A stretch of DNA of 64,000 nt from Trichoplax sp. H2. Its lineage: Eukaryota. The translations under genes and the position numbers were made by a program. Below are positions 61,511-64,000 of the stretch, piece by piece. The notes beneath the pieces were generated by a model that was given only the letters and a program-made list of their open reading frames with translations, had not been told where the DNA came from and searched no databases. Numbering within the stretch: position 1 is the first letter of the stretch; every line of letters starts with the position of its first letter. The stretch covers positions 558,001 through 622,000 of the forward strand of contig NOWV01000011.1 in the NCBI GenBank assembly GCA_003344405.1, in the 5' to 3' direction.

Positions 61511-64000
61511 ATTGAAGGTAATAGTCAAACTTTTCGTGTTAATATAAAATTTTTATGTCATTCTCTATTTCAAATAAAGTAATGAGTATAAATTGATTAC
61601 AAGATTCCATCACTGAATTTTTGGATTTACTGTGCGAGAATGATCAAGGAGAACTGAACTCAATAAATTGATTTCAAGTTAAGCTTTGAGATTTTAATTA
61701 TTAAATTGATGAAACAATAGGACATGAAAATCCATTATTCAACGTGATGCATTCAGTATTATTTTTCAAACAGGATATAAAAAATTTAATTATTAGTAGA
61801 AAAAAGGAGAGAGAGGAAACGCGAAGGAATTTCCGGCATAGATAGTAAAATAGAATTAGCTAGGTATTTATCAAAGCATGCTGAGATATTTTGGTTTGGT
61901 CTTTTCATTGAAAATGAGGCAAGCAAGCAGCGCAATGTATTATTATGGGGCCTTGTTCATTAACATTTACGAGCCGCCATGACCATGAATATAGGTTACC
62001 TTAGAATCAATCCATATCAGTATTTCGGAAATAAATAGGCGTTCTACTCGAAATTGGTGATACTTCATAGTTTTATTCAGCCATTTTTACAGTTTGTATT
62101 TAAATTAAATTAATTTTTAACTGCATACGTCATCAAGAATCGATATGGCTTTGTTGTTTATTTCGACTGCGAATGTTATAAATCGTTAGAATCTGCTTAA
62201 AAATGATAATCTATGGTGCAAGATTTATACTTTAGAAAAAAACTTGGAATTTCATATCTCGTTAGTATCAATATCAAATTTATAGTTGCTAAGACTTGTT
62301 TAAGCGTCTAAGATACTAGAGTTATTGGACGATATTCATAATATTGTTAGCCAAAAATAGCAAAGTAAAGGTCAAAGGTTGAAATTTATAGCTTGAATAG
62401 CATGACATAAAGATTACCTGTACTTTATAGGAAATTTATATCGATATTTGGCCTATAGAATACTATACAAAAATGTCAATACCTACATGAGAGGCTGTTA
62501 TTCAGTTTATGCGCAAGCTAGTAGAATAGTCAATGAGTATAATGAAGATGGAATTAAACGGGTTATTACTTTCTTTAGTAATTCCATCTTAAGATGTTAT
62601 ATCATATTTTTGGTGTAAATATTATTATAGACTACAAATAAATTGATAGGGAACCGTCTTGTAGGCTGTTACAGGTTAAATGGAAAATCATATGGACTAT
62701 TTACAAAATGAAATGCTTAGTTTTCGGTCTAAATATCGCGTTACTAGCAATCGATGCTTTATATAACTACCGATATGTAATATGAAAATTTTTGGTCTAA
62801 ATCGGCAGGCATTGATATACTTAATCGGAATACCGGTATAGGATCGCACATTTGGTCTTGATGGCACAATACGTAATTACTTACATTACTTTATGCTATA
62901 ACCATTTTAGCCTGAATAGAATAAAATTCAGAGATTGCTTTCGCTGATCGGTTTCGCTTAAATTGAGATGTTTTACTGTATCTGTTGTATTAATCCACCT
63001 CACACGCTTGGTATGTGATAACAATAATAGATTAAATTATACTTTACAATTTCTTAAATACCTTTTTGACTAAAATTATTATGGCATACCGTATGTACGA
63101 GTATTAAGGGATGATTATCAATTATAACTTCTGGCCTCATGTATCGTGTACTGCCTCGAAAACCTAAATAGTGACGTACAACGCTACGGTAAATTGTTAA
63201 CTTTGTAATTATAGAATAAACACGAAACCGATTTATACGTTACAATTGAAAGCATACCTTGGAATTGAGCAAATATTGAATTGATATTGCTACAATACGA
63301 TATTATATTAAAAATTTTTTCCCTTTCCGTTGTAGATACGACTAATTGAATACCATAAGAAGTGCAGAAGTTAAAACGACCACTAAGATACAGTAACCAA
63401 GTTGCTAATGACAATATTTAATTATGGTCCTAAATTTACTGTTGGCATTTATGTTCACGATTAAAGTAGAGATCTTATTAGGATTTACGTAGATGAGATT
63501 GGGTGCGAAAGTTCGAGCAATTCAAGGTCATCGTGATAATACCGATCATTTCTCATATTAAGTTTTTATCTCTTTACTGGCGTAAAAATGAGCAAAGCCT
63601 CATCATATCCATAGAACTAAAGAGAAATCTAAATTTTATGCTTCCTATTACTTCTGATTTTAAAATTTGTACTATCGACTTTCTATAATAGTGGGCTAAT
63701 TGCTGTAGTAATTTAATGGTATCTTTTGAAACATAGCAGATGTAAAGGTAGAAGAAATGGCGAGGCGCAAATTTATATTGTTATTTGGAACAAGAGTTCA
63801 TAATATAATCATTCAACTGTGCCTGTACCTGTACGTTAGACGGTAAATCTAGACAACACCATAAAAATGATGAGCAATAATTTAAACTCGTCATCGATAA
63901 GTTAATAAGTCGATATTGTATGATAGAGGTGGAATGGAGCATGAGCTTCGTAAGATAATTGTTAACTATATCTGTACAGTAAATCTAGACAATACCATGA

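Overview
Eukaryotic, AT-rich, intron-dense animal genomic DNA with GT-AG introns, many only about 70-100 nt. It is most compatible with an early-branching metazoan such as a placozoan (Trichoplax-like); this is inference. Gene models were spliced by hand from GT-AG sites and reading-frame continuity. Seven protein-coding genes are supported: (1) the 3' end of an IP3-receptor/ryanodine-receptor superfamily Ca2+-release channel with a non-canonical pore filter; (2) an EamA/DMT-like transporter with a long cytoplasmic tail and a candidate 9-nt microexon; (3) a complete CASK whose kinase domain keeps the Mg2+-binding residues; (4) a FAM124-like gene; (5) a TMTC1-like O-mannosyltransferase; (6, 7) two tandem class C (mGluR/CaSR-like) GPCRs, each with a different repeat-expanded C-terminal tail, the second lacking its first exon in this window. 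There is also a ~1.5 kb TACAG/GTAC-rich segment duplicated across a 20-N gap (probably two haplotypes), several short local tandem repeats and a perfect 38-bp palindrome. No rRNA, tRNA, CRISPR or intact transposase was recognised.
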